From the NCBI GenBank assembly GCA_022706885.1, contig JAKJBR010000001.1, positions 18,104-82,103 of the forward strand: DNA of 64,000 nt, read 5' to 3'. Below, in pieces: positions 9,551 to 20,797 of the stretch. Each line of letters opens with the position of its first letter. The first letter of the stretch is position 1. This DNA comes from Bacillota bacterium (GTDB taxonomy: Bacteria > Bacillota > Clostridia > DUPQ01). A program made the translations under genes and the position numbers. Below the pieces are notes generated by a model, which was given only the letters and a program-made list of their open reading frames with translations, was not told where the DNA came from and did no database searches.

Positions 9551-10509
9551 TGGATATGCTATATCTTTTACTCAGACAGACCATGTATTTTTCCATTCCT
9601 TTACTTATAGTGGCTTTAGGAGGCATGTTTTCCGAAAGAAGCGGCGTAACCAATATAGCGCTTGAAGGAATCATGGTAATGGGAGGATTTACCGGCATAT
9701 ATTTTATCAATCAAATGCAATCGCAGATGAGCGGGCAGTGGCTGCTGGTTCTGGCTATTTTCATAGCCATGGCGGGAGGTTTGCTTTTATCTCTTCCGCA
9801 TGCATATGCTTCGGTTAATCTTAAAGCCGATCAGGTCATATCGGGAACCGCACTTAATATGTTTGCACCCGCTTTCGTCATTTATATAGCCAGAATGATA
9901 CAGCCTTCGGGAATAGCCAATGTTTCCTTTAAAAACACTTTCTTTATACACAAAGTTCCGGTGCTTTGTGACATACCGGTAATAGGGGATATTCTTTTCA
10001 GGAATACATATATAACCACATTCTTAGGCTTTTTCATACTTATAGTTTCCGCAGTAGTTCTGTATAAAACCCGTTTCGGAATGAGATTGAGGGCTTGCGG
10101 AGAGCACCCTCAGGCTGCCGATTCGGTGGGAATTAATGTATATAAAATGAGATATATAGGCGTTATGATTTCCGGAGTGCTTGCCGGACTGGGCGGGCTT
10201 GTTCTGACCGTTCCCATATCCACCGAGTTTAAGGGAGCCGTTAACGGATACGGATTTTTGGCATTGGCCGTTCTTATTTTCGGACAGTGGAAACCTATGA
10301 GAATATTGTGGGCATCTTTGTTCTTCGGGTTTATGCAGACAATATCGGCAGCCTATTCGGCAATACCCTTCCTGTTGAATCTGAATATACCTTCGGAATT
10401 CTTCAAGATGACTCCGTATATAGCTACACTTATAGTGCTTGCATTCTCGTCGAAATCCAGTAAAGCTCCGAAAGCTGTAGGTCAACCGTATGACCAGGGG
10501 GCCAGATAA
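9550..10509 (+). CDS. ABC transporter permease (nucleoside uptake)
   Basis: Polytopic membrane protein, overlapping the upstream permease (TGATG). Confidence 0.85.
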   Translation: MDMLYLLLRQTMYFSIPLLIVALGGMFSERSGVTNIALEGIMVMGGFTGIYFINQMQSQMSGQWLLVLAIFIAMAGGLLLSLPHAYASVNLKADQVISGTALNMFAPAFVIYIARMIQPSGIANVSFKNTFFIHKVPVLCDIPVIGDILFRNTYITTFLGFFILIVSAVVLYKTRFGMRLRACGEHPQAADSVGINVYKMRYIGVMISGVLAGLGGLVLTVPISTEFKGAVNGYGFLALAVLIFGQWKPMRILWASLFFGFMQTISAAYSAIPFLLNLNIPSEFFKMTPYIATLIVLAFSSKSSKAPKAVGQPYDQGAR

Positions 10510-10512
10510 GTC

Positions 10513-11814
10513 ATGAGAATGTATGACATCATACAAAGAAAAAGAGATAAACATCAACTGGCTGATGAAGAAATCCGATACTTTGTAAAAGGATATACCG
10601 GCGGCGCCATACCCGATTATCAGGCTGCCGCTTTACTGATGGCAATCTTTCTCAACGGCATGAATGATCATGAAACTTCCGTGCTTACTCTGGCTATGGC
10701 TCAATCGGGAGATATGATTGATTTATCGGCCGTAAACGGAATCACCGTGGACAAACACAGTACCGGAGGAGTGGGAGACAAAACTTCTTTGATAGTGGCT
10801 CCCTGTGTGGCTTCTTTGGGCTTTAAAGTAGCCAAAATGAGCGGAAGAGGGCTGGGACATACCGGAGGTACGGTAGATAAATTGGAGTCCATTCCCGGCT
10901 ACAGGACCTCTTTGGACAGACAGGAGTTTATCGATAATGTAAACAGGATAGGAATAGCGTTGGTCGGACAGAGCGGTAATCTTGCTCCCGCCGACAAAAA
11001 AATATATGCATTGCGTGATGTGACGGCGACTATAGATTGTCTTCCGCTTATAGTGTCCAGCATAATGAGCAAAAAAATAGCGGCCGGATCACAAAACATT
11101 CTGTTGGATGTCAAGGTGGGAACGGGATCTTTTACGCCCAAACTGGAAGATGCTGTTATTCTTGCGCAGAAAATGGTAGATACGGGAAAGCTTGCGGGAC
11201 GAAACATTGCCGCATTGATCACCAATATGGATGTACCTTTGGGAAATGCCATAGGCAACAGCATGGAGATAATCGAGGCCTGTGAAATACTCAAGAACAA
11301 GGGGCCTTCCGATTTGAGGGAAGTGTGCGTGGAGCTGTCTGCATATATGGTGTCGCTTTGCACGCAAGATTCTTATGAAAATTGCAGAAGAAAAGTTTTA
11401 CAAACCTTTGCGGACGGGTCGGCTTTTGAAAAATTCAGACAACTGGTTTCCGCTCAGGGTGGCGATGTGGCATTTATAGACAATACGGATAAGTTTAAAA
11501 AAGCGTTTTACACACATGATGTATTATCCTTACGCTCCGGTTTTATAAGTTCAATGGATACCGCTAATATAGGCAGAGTCTCTCTGATGCTGGGTGCCGG
11601 ACGTGAAAAAAAGGAAGACTCCATTGATTATGATGCGGGAATATATATACATGCTAAAACAGGAGACAGTATAAAAAAAGGTCAGCTTCTGGCAACACTA
11701 TATACCAACAGAAAACATATACTGCCTGATGCGGAAAATGAATATCTGAGCTCTTTGACCTTTTCCGAAAACTTGCCGCCTCCACAAAAACTTATATACC
11801 AAATAGTAAAATGA
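10513..11814 (+). CDS. pdp: Pyrimidine-nucleoside (thymidine) phosphorylase
   Basis: Motifs DKHSTGGVGDKT and AKMSGRGLGHTGGT. 433 aa. Confidence 0.9.
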   Translation: MRMYDIIQRKRDKHQLADEEIRYFVKGYTGGAIPDYQAAALLMAIFLNGMNDHETSVLTLAMAQSGDMIDLSAVNGITVDKHSTGGVGDKTSLIVAPCVASLGFKVAKMSGRGLGHTGGTVDKLESIPGYRTSLDRQEFIDNVNRIGIALVGQSGNLAPADKKIYALRDVTATIDCLPLIVSSIMSKKIAAGSQNILLDVKVGTGSFTPKLEDAVILAQKMVDTGKLAGRNIAALITNMDVPLGNAIGNSMEIIEACEILKNKGPSDLREVCVELSAYMVSLCTQDSYENCRRKVLQTFADGSAFEKFRQLVSAQGGDVAFIDNTDKFKKAFYTHDVLSLRSGFISSMDTANIGRVSLMLGAGREKKEDSIDYDAGIYIHAKTGDSIKKGQLLATLYTNRKHILPDAENEYLSSLTFSENLPPPQKLIYQIVK

Positions 11815-11847
11815 TAGTATAATATTGGGCATTGGAGTTGTTTAAGC

Positions 11848-12825
11848 ATGGGAAAAGGCAAATTTATATTAGATTTCAAAAACAGACAGCATAGAGTTGC
11901 GGTAATATCCGTAGTTATTGCCGTTCTTCTGATTGTTCTTTCAGTGCTTCTTTTTAAACTGTTCAATAAATCATACAATAGTTATGAAGGCAACTCTCCG
12001 TCCAATATCATAAGCAACGGTCTTGTAGCATGCGAAGACGGTTACCTTTACTACACCAGATTTGATGCCGGCTCCAAAATATTCAGGTTGGATATAAAGA
12101 GCGGTAAAGAAAAACTCGTATATGCCGCAAATGCCAAATACTTGAATGTGCTGGCGGGATATATTTACTATATTGACGGCAGCAACGGAAATATAAAGAG
12201 GATAACCGTTTCGGGAACCGATGAACTGCTATTGAAAGACAGCATATGTTCCAATCTTTATGTAACTACAGACTGGATATACTATATTGACAACAAAGAG
12301 AACAATTCCATTTACAGAATGAGTATGCACGACTATATTCCGGAAAAATTAGCCGAGGAAAGCGCAACCTCCGTTTCGGTTCATGACGGGTTCCTGTACT
12401 TCATAAACTATCTGGATAATAACGGCATATATCGTCTGGATTTGAAAACAAAAAAAGTGTCACCGGTTCTTAAACAGCACACAATCTTCTACACCGTAAA
12501 AGACAATCTTATCTATTACACAAATACAAACGATGAATCCTATATCTACAGCATGAATCTTGACGGTTCGGGGAACAAGCGGCTGGAAGGTGTCAAGGGC
12601 TGGTTTCTTGCAAACTCACCGGATGATCCGGAGTTTCTTTACTTTATGTCACCTACCGGATCTATGAAGAAAGTGAATCTTTCATCACTTAACCAGATGA
12701 CCGTAACCAATGACGAATGTGCATATATAAATATTGTGGAAAATTTCATTGTTTATCTCAACCGGGATGACAATCATTATTATATACTGGACAAAACAAC
12801 CGGTAAAAGTACAGTTTTAAGATAA
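11848..12825 (+). CDS. DUF5050-like membrane-anchored beta-propeller repeat protein
   Basis: N-terminal TM helix, then about seven repeats of an aromatic YY-x-D/N motif (YLYYTRF, YIYYIDG, WIYYIDN, FLYFINY, LIYYTNT, FLYFMSP, FIVYLNR). Confidence 0.6.
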   Translation: MGKGKFILDFKNRQHRVAVISVVIAVLLIVLSVLLFKLFNKSYNSYEGNSPSNIISNGLVACEDGYLYYTRFDAGSKIFRLDIKSGKEKLVYAANAKYLNVLAGYIYYIDGSNGNIKRITVSGTDELLLKDSICSNLYVTTDWIYYIDNKENNSIYRMSMHDYIPEKLAEESATSVSVHDGFLYFINYLDNNGIYRLDLKTKKVSPVLKQHTIFYTVKDNLIYYTNTNDESYIYSMNLDGSGNKRLEGVKGWFLANSPDDPEFLYFMSPTGSMKKVNLSSLNQMTVTNDECAYINIVENFIVYLNRDDNHYYILDKTTGKSTVLR

Positions 12826-12872
12826 TCGTCGGCATTGCTGATTTATTCCGGATATTGTATTATTATAATATT

Positions 12873-15320
12873 ATGAAGAAATCTGTAAGGATTACATTTG
12901 CTTGGCTGCTAATAATCACTTTATGCTTTTCCTTTGTTTCTGTCGGTGCACAGGAGGATTTTTTTGACGCCAGGTATTACTGGTTGTATTCTTCCGCCAT
13001 ACCTTCCGCCTGGAAACTGCTTGCGGATATTCCCACAGAATCGGTCACCGTTGCGGTAATAGACACCGGAATCGAGTCGGATAATCCTCACTTGAAAGAC
13101 AGAATTGATTCGCGGGGACGTAATTTTGTGCTTTCTTATGCTTCCGACAAAGTTGAAGACAAGCAGGGACACGGAACGGCAATTGCCGGCATCATTGCAG
13201 CAGTTCCTACCGAGGAAAACAATTATTACGGAGTCTGCGGTAATGTGGATGTTAAAATTCTCCCTTTAAAAGTATACGGCGATATTTCCGGCACATTGCA
13301 GATGCAATACATAATAGATGCTATTTATTATGCGATTGAGATGAATGCGGATGTAATTAATATAAGTATAGATATTCCCAACTATGACGAAGGTCTGCAG
13401 ATAGCTTGTCTGGCCGCATATGAGAAATCCATTCCCATAATAGCCTCTGCCGGCAATAAGAGCAGTGAATATTACTCTTATCCCTCTTCCTGCTACGGTG
13501 TAATATCGGTATCGGCTCTTTCATTGTACGATGATGATTACTTTTTATCCTCTCCGTTTTCTTCCTATAACGATCAGGTGGATTTAAGTGCTCACGGAGA
13601 AGATATTTACACGATAGGATTAAACGGAACATATAACTTTTTAAGCGGTTCCTCTTTTTCCGCTGCAATAGTAGCCGGTGCGGCGGCAATACTCAAAGCT
13701 GTCAATAAAAGCCTTACCCCTCTGGAAATAGAAACCATATTGTGTGCAAGTGCGGACAAACTTACCGATAAGGGAAGAAATAATTATTACGGTTACGGGA
13801 AGCTCAATCTGTTCTCCGCATTGACTCTGGATTTGGACTCCCTGATATATCAGTCGGAAACACAGCAGCCCTCGGAGGGAACTTCTCCTTTTTCTTTTGA
13901 ATATACCGACCGTAAAACAACATTGTCCTGCGGTCTTTCTTACGGATTATGGTTGGACCAAAATAATAAGGTTATGAGTGCCGGTGATTCTTCTTTCGGA
14001 AAATCCGATGTTGCTCAATGGTCGGATATAATATCCGTTGCCGCGGGAGATTCCTTTTCTTTAGGATTAAGAAGTGACGGAACATTGCGATATACCGGTT
14101 TCTCCGGCTCTTATGCATTGAATGTGGCCCATTGGACATCGCTAAAGCAGGTTTCTGCAGGTTCTCTCCATACTGCGGCGGTTACAACCGCAGGTTCCGT
14201 TTTGACTATGGGAAGCAACAGTGCCGGCCAATGCAATATCGGTATTATAGCGGGAGTTTCCAAAGTGGAATGCGGTTCAATGCACACTGTATGTTTAAGA
14301 TCCAACGGTACTGTCAGAAGTGTAGGCGCAAACTTTTTCGGTGAAACCAACACTTCGGGTTGGTCGGATATAGTTTCCGTTGCTGCGGGAAACGGTTTCA
14401 CGCTGGGACTGAAATCCGACGGCACCGTGTTGGCAACCGGCAACAACCGCTTTAAACAGACGGATGTCTCATCATGGCATAATATCATAGAGGTCTTTGC
14501 AGGGTATAATTACTCTGTGGGACTTAAGGCGGACGGAACGCTTGTATATACAGGATTAGCAACGGAGATGTCCTCTTCTCTGCAGGAATTAAGCAATATC
14601 AAGACTCTCTCCTGCAACAGAGATATGATGATTCTCAAAACAAATGATAATGAAATTATTATTCTGGGAAACACCGGCGCACAGGAGCGTTCGACAAATA
14701 AAGTTTATGTATACAGCTTTGACGATATAGCACAGGATTACTGGGCTGCTACATACATAAACCTTGTATCCCGATTGGGTATTATTAACGGTGTATACAG
14801 CGGAACGGGGTACATATATATCCCTCATGTGCATATGACCAGACAGGAATTCTTCAAAGTTATTCTGGAAACTATGAGCATTCCTACGAATGTTGATGCG
14901 GATATTGAGATTTTCGAAGATTATGAAGATGTGGATTCCTGGAGTCTTCCGTACATTAAAACCGCATATTACTACGGATATCTTACCGGAAGTACAGATG
15001 ATGAAGGTAAGGTGTATATAAGACCTAAAGACCCGATTTCTCGGGCGGAAGCTGCAGTCATAATGGGGCGTGTAATAGGTTTAACGGAAAGTCCCGACAT
15101 GGAATATGCCGATAAAGATACTGTACCCTTGTGGGCATATGATGCAATCTCTTACTTTTCACATATGAAGGTGCTCAACGGTTATCCGGACGGCACAATT
15201 GCACCGAATAACAACTTATACCGTTCGGAAGCTGCCGCTATCATCTGCAGACTTTACAGTTATGTGTTGAATGCTTATACTTTTAATCATGTCGATAATG
15301 TAGCAGAAACTGCAGATTAA
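12873..15320 (+). CDS. Secreted S8 subtilisin-like serine protease fused to RCC1-like propeller repeats and three SLH domains
   Basis: The ATG at 12873 gives a signal peptide starting MKKSVRITFAWLL. Catalytic triad motifs are VAVIDTG, GHGTAIAG and SGSSFSAA. SLH repeats lie at the C-terminus. Confidence 0.85.
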   Translation: MKKSVRITFAWLLIITLCFSFVSVGAQEDFFDARYYWLYSSAIPSAWKLLADIPTESVTVAVIDTGIESDNPHLKDRIDSRGRNFVLSYASDKVEDKQGHGTAIAGIIAAVPTEENNYYGVCGNVDVKILPLKVYGDISGTLQMQYIIDAIYYAIEMNADVINISIDIPNYDEGLQIACLAAYEKSIPIIASAGNKSSEYYSYPSSCYGVISVSALSLYDDDYFLSSPFSSYNDQVDLSAHGEDIYTIGLNGTYNFLSGSSFSAAIVAGAAAILKAVNKSLTPLEIETILCASADKLTDKGRNNYYGYGKLNLFSALTLDLDSLIYQSETQQPSEGTSPFSFEYTDRKTTLSCGLSYGLWLDQNNKVMSAGDSSFGKSDVAQWSDIISVAAGDSFSLGLRSDGTLRYTGFSGSYALNVAHWTSLKQVSAGSLHTAAVTTAGSVLTMGSNSAGQCNIGIIAGVSKVECGSMHTVCLRSNGTVRSVGANFFGETNTSGWSDIVSVAAGNGFTLGLKSDGTVLATGNNRFKQTDVSSWHNIIEVFAGYNYSVGLKADGTLVYTGLATEMSSSLQELSNIKTLSCNRDMMILKTNDNEIIILGNTGAQERSTNKVYVYSFDDIAQDYWAATYINLVSRLGIINGVYSGTGYIYIPHVHMTRQEFFKVILETMSIPTNVDADIEIFEDYEDVDSWSLPYIKTAYYYGYLTGSTDDEGKVYIRPKDPISRAEAAVIMGRVIGLTESPDMEYADKDTVPLWAYDAISYFSHMKVLNGYPDGTIAPNNNLYRSEAAAIICRLYSYVLNAYTFNHVDNVAETAD
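13917..14684 (+). repeat. Seven tandem RCC1-like blade repeats of about 38 aa inside the protease gene
   Basis: Repeating pattern (I/V)SVAAG-x-FSLGL(K/R)SDGT-x-x-TG, for example VSVAAGNGFTLGLKSDGTVLATG and IEVFAGYNYSVGLKADGTLVYTG. Confidence 0.7.
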
Positions 15321-15352
15321 GCACACAATATGAAAGAAGAAGAGGTAGTAAA

Positions 15353-16654
15353 GTGAGGAAAAGAACGTTTTTAACTATATCAGTACTGCTTGTTGCGGTT
15401 ATACTGTCCTCCTGTACTCCGGTGGAAACACCTACAGTACAACCGTCTTCCGTACCTTCCGAAAATCCGCCTCAGACTTCTTTTTCTCCCCAACCGCCCG
15501 CTTCGGAGCAACCGACGGAAACCCGACCTGCGGAAGCCGCCCCGAAAACAGCTACTTTGAAACTGTCGGCAACAGGCGATGTAATGAGTCACTACACCCA
15601 GATTTTAGATGCATATAATGCTGAAACCGGCGAATATGATTATTCCAATTCTTTAAGTCGAATTAAAAATTTTACTAAAACCAGCGATCTTCTTATTGCC
15701 AATTTGGAAACCTCCATGGCGGAGGGAGAATATACCGGTTATCCTATTTTCAATACTCCTCCCGCTTTGGCCAAAAACCTTAAGGACATAGGGGTGGATA
15801 TTGTAAGCACCGCTAACAACCACTGTCTTGATAAAGGTTTCAAAGGCCTTGTCTCCACCATAGAGAATGTAAAAGCGGCGGGACTTCTTCAGGTGGGAAC
15901 ATATGCCGCACAGCAAGATCGTGATGCGTCACATGGAGTTCTGGTTAAAGAGATTAACGGAATAAGTATGGCGATAGTTAATTATTCCTACGGTACCAAT
16001 GTTATAAGGATACCGGCGGGAAAGGAGTTCTGCGTAAATCTTCTGTATGAAGACTATTTAGGTCCCTATACAATATTAAACAAAAAACAGATATCTTCCG
16101 ACCTTGAGTATGCACGCTCTCTTGATACCGACCTTATAATAGCCCTTATTCACTGGGGAACGGAATATGTCACAACGGAAAGCGAAAAGCAACGACAAGC
16201 CGCACAATTTCTGTTTGATAACGGCGTGGATATATTGATAGGAAACCACCCCCATGTACTGCAACCTATGGGGATACAGACGATACGCACCCCGGAAGGT
16301 CAAGAAAAGCAGGTATTCGTATGTTATTCGTTAGGTAACTTCATGTCCAATATAACCAGAACCCATTACACGCTGACTTCGGTAATATTGAATATCTATA
16401 TAGAAAAAAATCTTGAAACCGATGTGACCGTAATCAAAGGATATGATTATGTGCCCACATATATGCTTACTCCGGAATGGGGAGGCTCCAGACCATATGT
16501 GCTTCCCGTTCATGATGCCATAAAAGAATATGAAAACGGTTCAAGTACATTGATAAATGAAAAAATTTACAAGGATTTATTGGCATCTTTGAAGATTTGT
16601 CATGACATTATCGGTCGCGATTACGATTATTACTATATAAAAAGAACAGATTAA
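15353..16654 (+). CDS. CapA/PGA_cap-family metallophosphatase-like lipoprotein
   Basis: GTG start after a GAGG RBS, lipobox ILSSC, a Pro/Ser-rich linker, and motifs LSATGDVM, ANLET and STANNHCLD. Confidence 0.8.
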   Translation: MRKRTFLTISVLLVAVILSSCTPVETPTVQPSSVPSENPPQTSFSPQPPASEQPTETRPAEAAPKTATLKLSATGDVMSHYTQILDAYNAETGEYDYSNSLSRIKNFTKTSDLLIANLETSMAEGEYTGYPIFNTPPALAKNLKDIGVDIVSTANNHCLDKGFKGLVSTIENVKAAGLLQVGTYAAQQDRDASHGVLVKEINGISMAIVNYSYGTNVIRIPAGKEFCVNLLYEDYLGPYTILNKKQISSDLEYARSLDTDLIIALIHWGTEYVTTESEKQRQAAQFLFDNGVDILIGNHPHVLQPMGIQTIRTPEGQEKQVFVCYSLGNFMSNITRTHYTLTSVILNIYIEKNLETDVTVIKGYDYVPTYMLTPEWGGSRPYVLPVHDAIKEYENGSSTLINEKIYKDLLASLKICHDIIGRDYDYYYIKRTD

Positions 16655-16655
16655 T

Positions 16656-18479
16656 CTATTGTTTATCTTTAAATTTCGATCTCATACGCATTACGGGATC
16701 CAATATCTTTTTTCTTATGCGCATACTTAAGGGGGTTATTTCCAGTAATTCATCTTCTTTAATATATTCCATTGCCTGCTCCAGGCTCATCTTCTTCGGA
16801 GGAGATAAGCGCAGAGCCTCATCGCTTCCCGCCGCCCTCACATTTGTAACATGCTTCTTTTTGCATACATTGACCGAGATGTCCTCATCCTTGGGTGTCT
16901 CGCCTACAACCATTCCGGCATACACTTCCTCTCCGGGATTTATAAAAAGCACTCCTCTTTCCTGAGCATTATACAGACCGTATGTAACCGCGGTCCCCGT
17001 TTCAAAGGCAATCAGCGAACCGTTGCTTCTGTACCCTATTTCTCCCTTATACGGAGCATATCCTTCATAGAGGGTATTCATTATACCTTCTCCCGCAGTA
17101 TCGGTCAGAAACTCGTTCCTGTAGCCGAACAAGCCTCTCGCAGGAACAGAAAACTCCATTTTCATTCTGGTACCGGACAGATTCATGCACAGCATCTCGC
17201 CTTTTCTTTTTCCCACTTTCTCACATACCGCCCCTACGCAGTCGGAAGGTACGTCAATATATACATGCTCCATGGGTTCCTGTTTTACTCCGTCTATATC
17301 CGTAAACAGCACCCTGGGCGTACTCAATTGAAATTCATATCCTTCCCTCTTCATGGTCTCCACCAGAATGGACAGGTGCATTTCTCCTCTTCCCATAACA
17401 ATAAAAGCATCGGCGGATTCCGTTTCCTTCACTTTTAACGAAACATCCTTCAGTGTTTCTCTGAACAACCGCTCTCTTAAATGCCTGGATGTTACATATT
17501 TACCTTCTCTTCCGGCAAACGGACTGTCATTAACCGAGAAGGTCATTTCTATTGTAGGAGGAGAAATTTTTGCAAATTCTATTGCTTCGACAAATTCCGG
17601 ATTACATATCGTGTCTCCTATAGAAATCTTTGGTATTCCGGAAAAAGAAATAATATCTCCTACATATGCTTCTTCGACAGGTTCTCTTTTAACTCCTTCA
17701 AATGAATATATATTGGTTACCTTTGCCCTGTGAGGTTCTTCGGGATTATGATAGTTAACTACGGCAACATCGCTGTTTTCCTTAATGTGACCTCTTTCTA
17801 TTCTGCCTATGGCTATTCTTCCGACATAGTCATTGTAGTCAATGGAAGAAATCAACACCTGCAACGGCTTATTTTCGTCGCCTCCCGGAGGATTAATATG
17901 TTGCAAAACGGTATCAAACAGCGGCGACAAATCCGTTCCTTTTATTTCCGGGTTCAGTGAAGCCGCTCCTTCTTTTGCGGAACAGTACACATAAGGACTG
18001 TCCAATTGCGTGTCGTTTGCCTGCAATTCCATCAGAAGTTCCAGCACGTCGTTTTCCGTCTTTCGGATATCCGCACCTTCCCTGTCCACTTTATTTATCA
18101 CAATTATTACTTTATGATTAAGTTCCAAAGCTTTGGAAAGAACAAACCTTGTCTGCGGCATAGGCCCTTCAAAGGCATCCACCAATAACAGTACTCCGTC
18201 AACCATTTTAAGTACGCGTTCCACCTCTCCGGAAAAATCCGCATGTCCGGGGGTATCCACTATATTGATCTTGGTATTCTTGTATCTTACCGAAGCATTC
18301 TTGGCAAGAATGGTTATACCCTTCTCTCTCTCCAGATCGCCGGAATCCATTACTCTGTCCGCAACAACCTGATTTTTCCTGAACACTCCCGCCTGTTTAA
18401 GCATGGCATCCACCAGTGTGGTCTTGCCGTGGTCTACATGCGCTATTATTGCTATATTCCTTAAGTCTTCCCTTATCAT
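16656..18479 (-). CDS. typA: Translational GTPase TypA/BipA
   Basis: Motifs [17 protein letters not shown] and NKVD. 607 aa. Confidence 0.95.
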   Translation of the reverse strand: MIREDLRNIAIIAHVDHGKTTLVDAMLKQAGVFRKNQVVADRVMDSGDLEREKGITILAKNASVRYKNTKINIVDTPGHADFSGEVERVLKMVDGVLLLVDAFEGPMPQTRFVLSKALELNHKVIIVINKVDREGADIRKTENDVLELLMELQANDTQLDSPYVYCSAKEGAASLNPEIKGTDLSPLFDTVLQHINPPGGDENKPLQVLISSIDYNDYVGRIAIGRIERGHIKENSDVAVVNYHNPEEPHRAKVTNIYSFEGVKREPVEEAYVGDIISFSGIPKISIGDTICNPEFVEAIEFAKISPPTIEMTFSVNDSPFAGREGKYVTSRHLRERLFRETLKDVSLKVKETESADAFIVMGRGEMHLSILVETMKREGYEFQLSTPRVLFTDIDGVKQEPMEHVYIDVPSDCVGAVCEKVGKRKGEMLCMNLSGTRMKMEFSVPARGLFGYRNEFLTDTAGEGIMNTLYEGYAPYKGEIGYRSNGSLIAFETGTAVTYGLYNAQERGVLFINPGEEVYAGMVVGETPKDEDISVNVCKKKHVTNVRAAGSDEALRLSPPKKMSLEQAMEYIKEDELLEITPLSMRIRKKILDPVMRMRSKFKDKQ

Positions 18480-18614
18480 AAGCCTTCCTCAAAAGTTTTC
18501 AACTTATTATACACCTGTAAGATTAAAAGAAAAGCATAATATTTTATACTTAACATCAAAGGCTATGTCTCTTTAACTTTTTTGAGAAACCTATTATATT
18601 TTCCTATCATATTT

Positions 18615-19157
18615 CTATTCTTTATATTCCGTATTTTTTATATCGGCAATAACACTTTCCAAATCCGCGGTTTTTAAAATAGGTGTCGTATATCCTACTC
18701 TAACCTCATTCAAGGTGTTATCTTTAATTATAAACTGACCGTTATGTAAACCGTTTATTATGTAAACATTCTTTGCAACTGGTCCATTATATTTCCTCAG
18801 AAACAATAACACCTCGGTATTTTTAATAAGATAAGGATCCTCCTTCATTTTTGTTTGCAGTATTTCTAATGTTCTGTTGCCTAAATCTCCTCTTACACAG
18901 TCTTTAACCTCGATCTCCGTAACGGCAAAGATAATGTCATCGTACACAAACTCTTTGTTATCCGAAACAACTGTAGCTATTACGGCAACGGGTGATTTTT
19001 CCACCAGGTCCTGATAGGTGCTGAATGTGTCAACTGATTTCCCGCTTCCATATGTAACATTTGTCGTTATAACAAAAAACAAAAGAACGGCAACCGATAA
19101 TATTAAAACGATTGCCGCTATTATCCACCTGCTTTTTTTCTTAGTTACGGTAGACAC
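18615..19157 (-). CDS. Hypothetical membrane-anchored protein
   Basis: 180-aa ORF with an N-terminal TM helix and no recognisable motif. It stands alone between 135-nt and 192-nt spacers. Confidence 0.45.
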   Translation of the reverse strand: MSTVTKKKSRWIIAAIVLILSVAVLLFFVITTNVTYGSGKSVDTFSTYQDLVEKSPVAVIATVVSDNKEFVYDDIIFAVTEIEVKDCVRGDLGNRTLEILQTKMKEDPYLIKNTEVLLFLRKYNGPVAKNVYIINGLHNGQFIIKDNTLNEVRVGYTTPILKTADLESVIADIKNTEYKE

Positions 19158-19349
19158 TTTATTCCCTCCGTGATAATAATCGGACTCTGCTTTGTTCAGA
19201 ATTCAGCATTCTCCTCTGTCCGGAATTGCTCCATCATGCATCATTTGACGAATAGTATAAATCTAAAGTTCTCAGGTCATTAAATAAAGGAACATTACAT
19301 ACATAAAAATGATACAATATCCGTATATCATTGTATTAAGGAGTGTGCC

Positions 19350-20672
19350 ATGAAAAAATTTGCATTTATAGGCGGCGGCAGTTTCGGCTTTACACGTAAT
19401 CTGGTGAAGGACCTTCTCACTTTCCCCGCATTTCGTGATGCCCATATCGTTCTGATGGATATAGATCCCGAAAGATTGGATTATATACATCAGGCTGTCA
19501 GGAAGATTATAAAAGCGGGAAAATATCCTGCAAAAGTTACAGCAACTACAGACAGGGTTAAAGCTCTTAAAGGAGCGGACGGTGTATTGTGTACGATACT
19601 TTCCGGTGATGTGGATGTTTGGCAGCATGATATCCTCATTCCCAAAAAATACGGAGTGGATATAAATATCGGAGACACAAGAGGTCCCGCAGGTATCTTC
19701 CGTTTTTTAAGAACGGTGCCGGTAATGCTGGACATATGTAAAGACATTGAAAAATACTGTCCCGATGCGGTTTTCTTGAACTACACAAACCCGATGGCTA
19801 TGTTATGTATGGCCATGCAGAAGAAATTCCCCACTCTTAAGATAACCGGCTTGTGTCACAGTGTTCAGGGAACGGCCGGAATGCTTGCAAAATGGATCGG
19901 TGCTCCCATGAATGAAATAACTTACAAATGTGCGGGCGTAAACCATCAGGCTTTCTATCTGGAATACAAGTGGAACGGAAAAGACGCTTATCCTTTAATC
20001 AGAGAAGCCATTAAAGATCCTGAAATTTACCAAAAAGAACTTATCCGGAACAATATGTTCGAGCATCTGGATTATTATGTAACGGAATCTTCCGGCCACA
20101 ACAGTGAATATGTCGCATGGTACAGAAAGAATCCCGAATTATTGGAAAAATACTGTATGAACGGTACAAACTGGAACCCCGGACATTATGCATATATTCT
20201 TAATGAATATCTGAAACGGAAAGACACCTGGCGTGACTCCATTAAGGAATGGCTTGCAAAGGAGGATATTAATCTGGAGCGTGGCTACGAGTATGCTACA
20301 TATATTTTCAATGCGGTATTCGGAGATAATACATTATTCAAGTTCAACGGAAATGTAATGAATCACGGAATTATCGAAAATCTTCCGTATGACTGCTGTG
20401 TTGAAGTTCCTATTCTTGCATCAAAGAATTCATTGGAACCGATACATATAGGGGTTATGCCCGATCAGCTTGCCACCCTTATAAACACAACGGCCCGCTG
20501 TGAGGTAATGGCTGTGGATGCGGCACTGGAACGTAACCCGAGAAAGGTGTTCCATGCGGTTGCATTCGATCCGCTTACTTCCGCCGTACTGTCGCTTGAT
20601 CAGATAAAAGAGATGGTTGATGAAATGATGGAGAAGAATAAGGATTATCTGGGTTATTTGTATAAACAATAA
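19350..20672 (+). CDS. GH4-family alpha-galactosidase/alpha-glucosidase (NAD/Mn-dependent)
   Basis: N-terminal [11 protein letters not shown] Rossmann motif, motifs NYTNPMAM and GLCHSVQGT, and an AAGGAG RBS. Confidence 0.85.
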   Translation: MKKFAFIGGGSFGFTRNLVKDLLTFPAFRDAHIVLMDIDPERLDYIHQAVRKIIKAGKYPAKVTATTDRVKALKGADGVLCTILSGDVDVWQHDILIPKKYGVDINIGDTRGPAGIFRFLRTVPVMLDICKDIEKYCPDAVFLNYTNPMAMLCMAMQKKFPTLKITGLCHSVQGTAGMLAKWIGAPMNEITYKCAGVNHQAFYLEYKWNGKDAYPLIREAIKDPEIYQKELIRNNMFEHLDYYVTESSGHNSEYVAWYRKNPELLEKYCMNGTNWNPGHYAYILNEYLKRKDTWRDSIKEWLAKEDINLERGYEYATYIFNAVFGDNTLFKFNGNVMNHGIIENLPYDCCVEVPILASKNSLEPIHIGVMPDQLATLINTTARCEVMAVDAALERNPRKVFHAVAFDPLTSAVLSLDQIKEMVDEMMEKNKDYLGYLYKQ

Positions 20673-20710
20673 TAAATAGGGAGTTTTCTCTTTATCCTTT
20701 TATCCAAGAC

Positions 20711-20742
20711 AAAGGGTTATGTCTCTACATAACCCTTTTTTG
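20711..20742 (+). terminator. Rho-independent terminator, possibly bidirectional
   Basis: Stem AAAGGGTTATG, loop tctcta, stem CATAACCCTTT, then a T-run. It lies between convergent genes. Confidence 0.75.
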
Positions 20743-20797
20743 TTCTTCAAATACTCTTCTTACTTTCCTTTAGCTTTTTCAGTTCTTCTTTGTTGTA

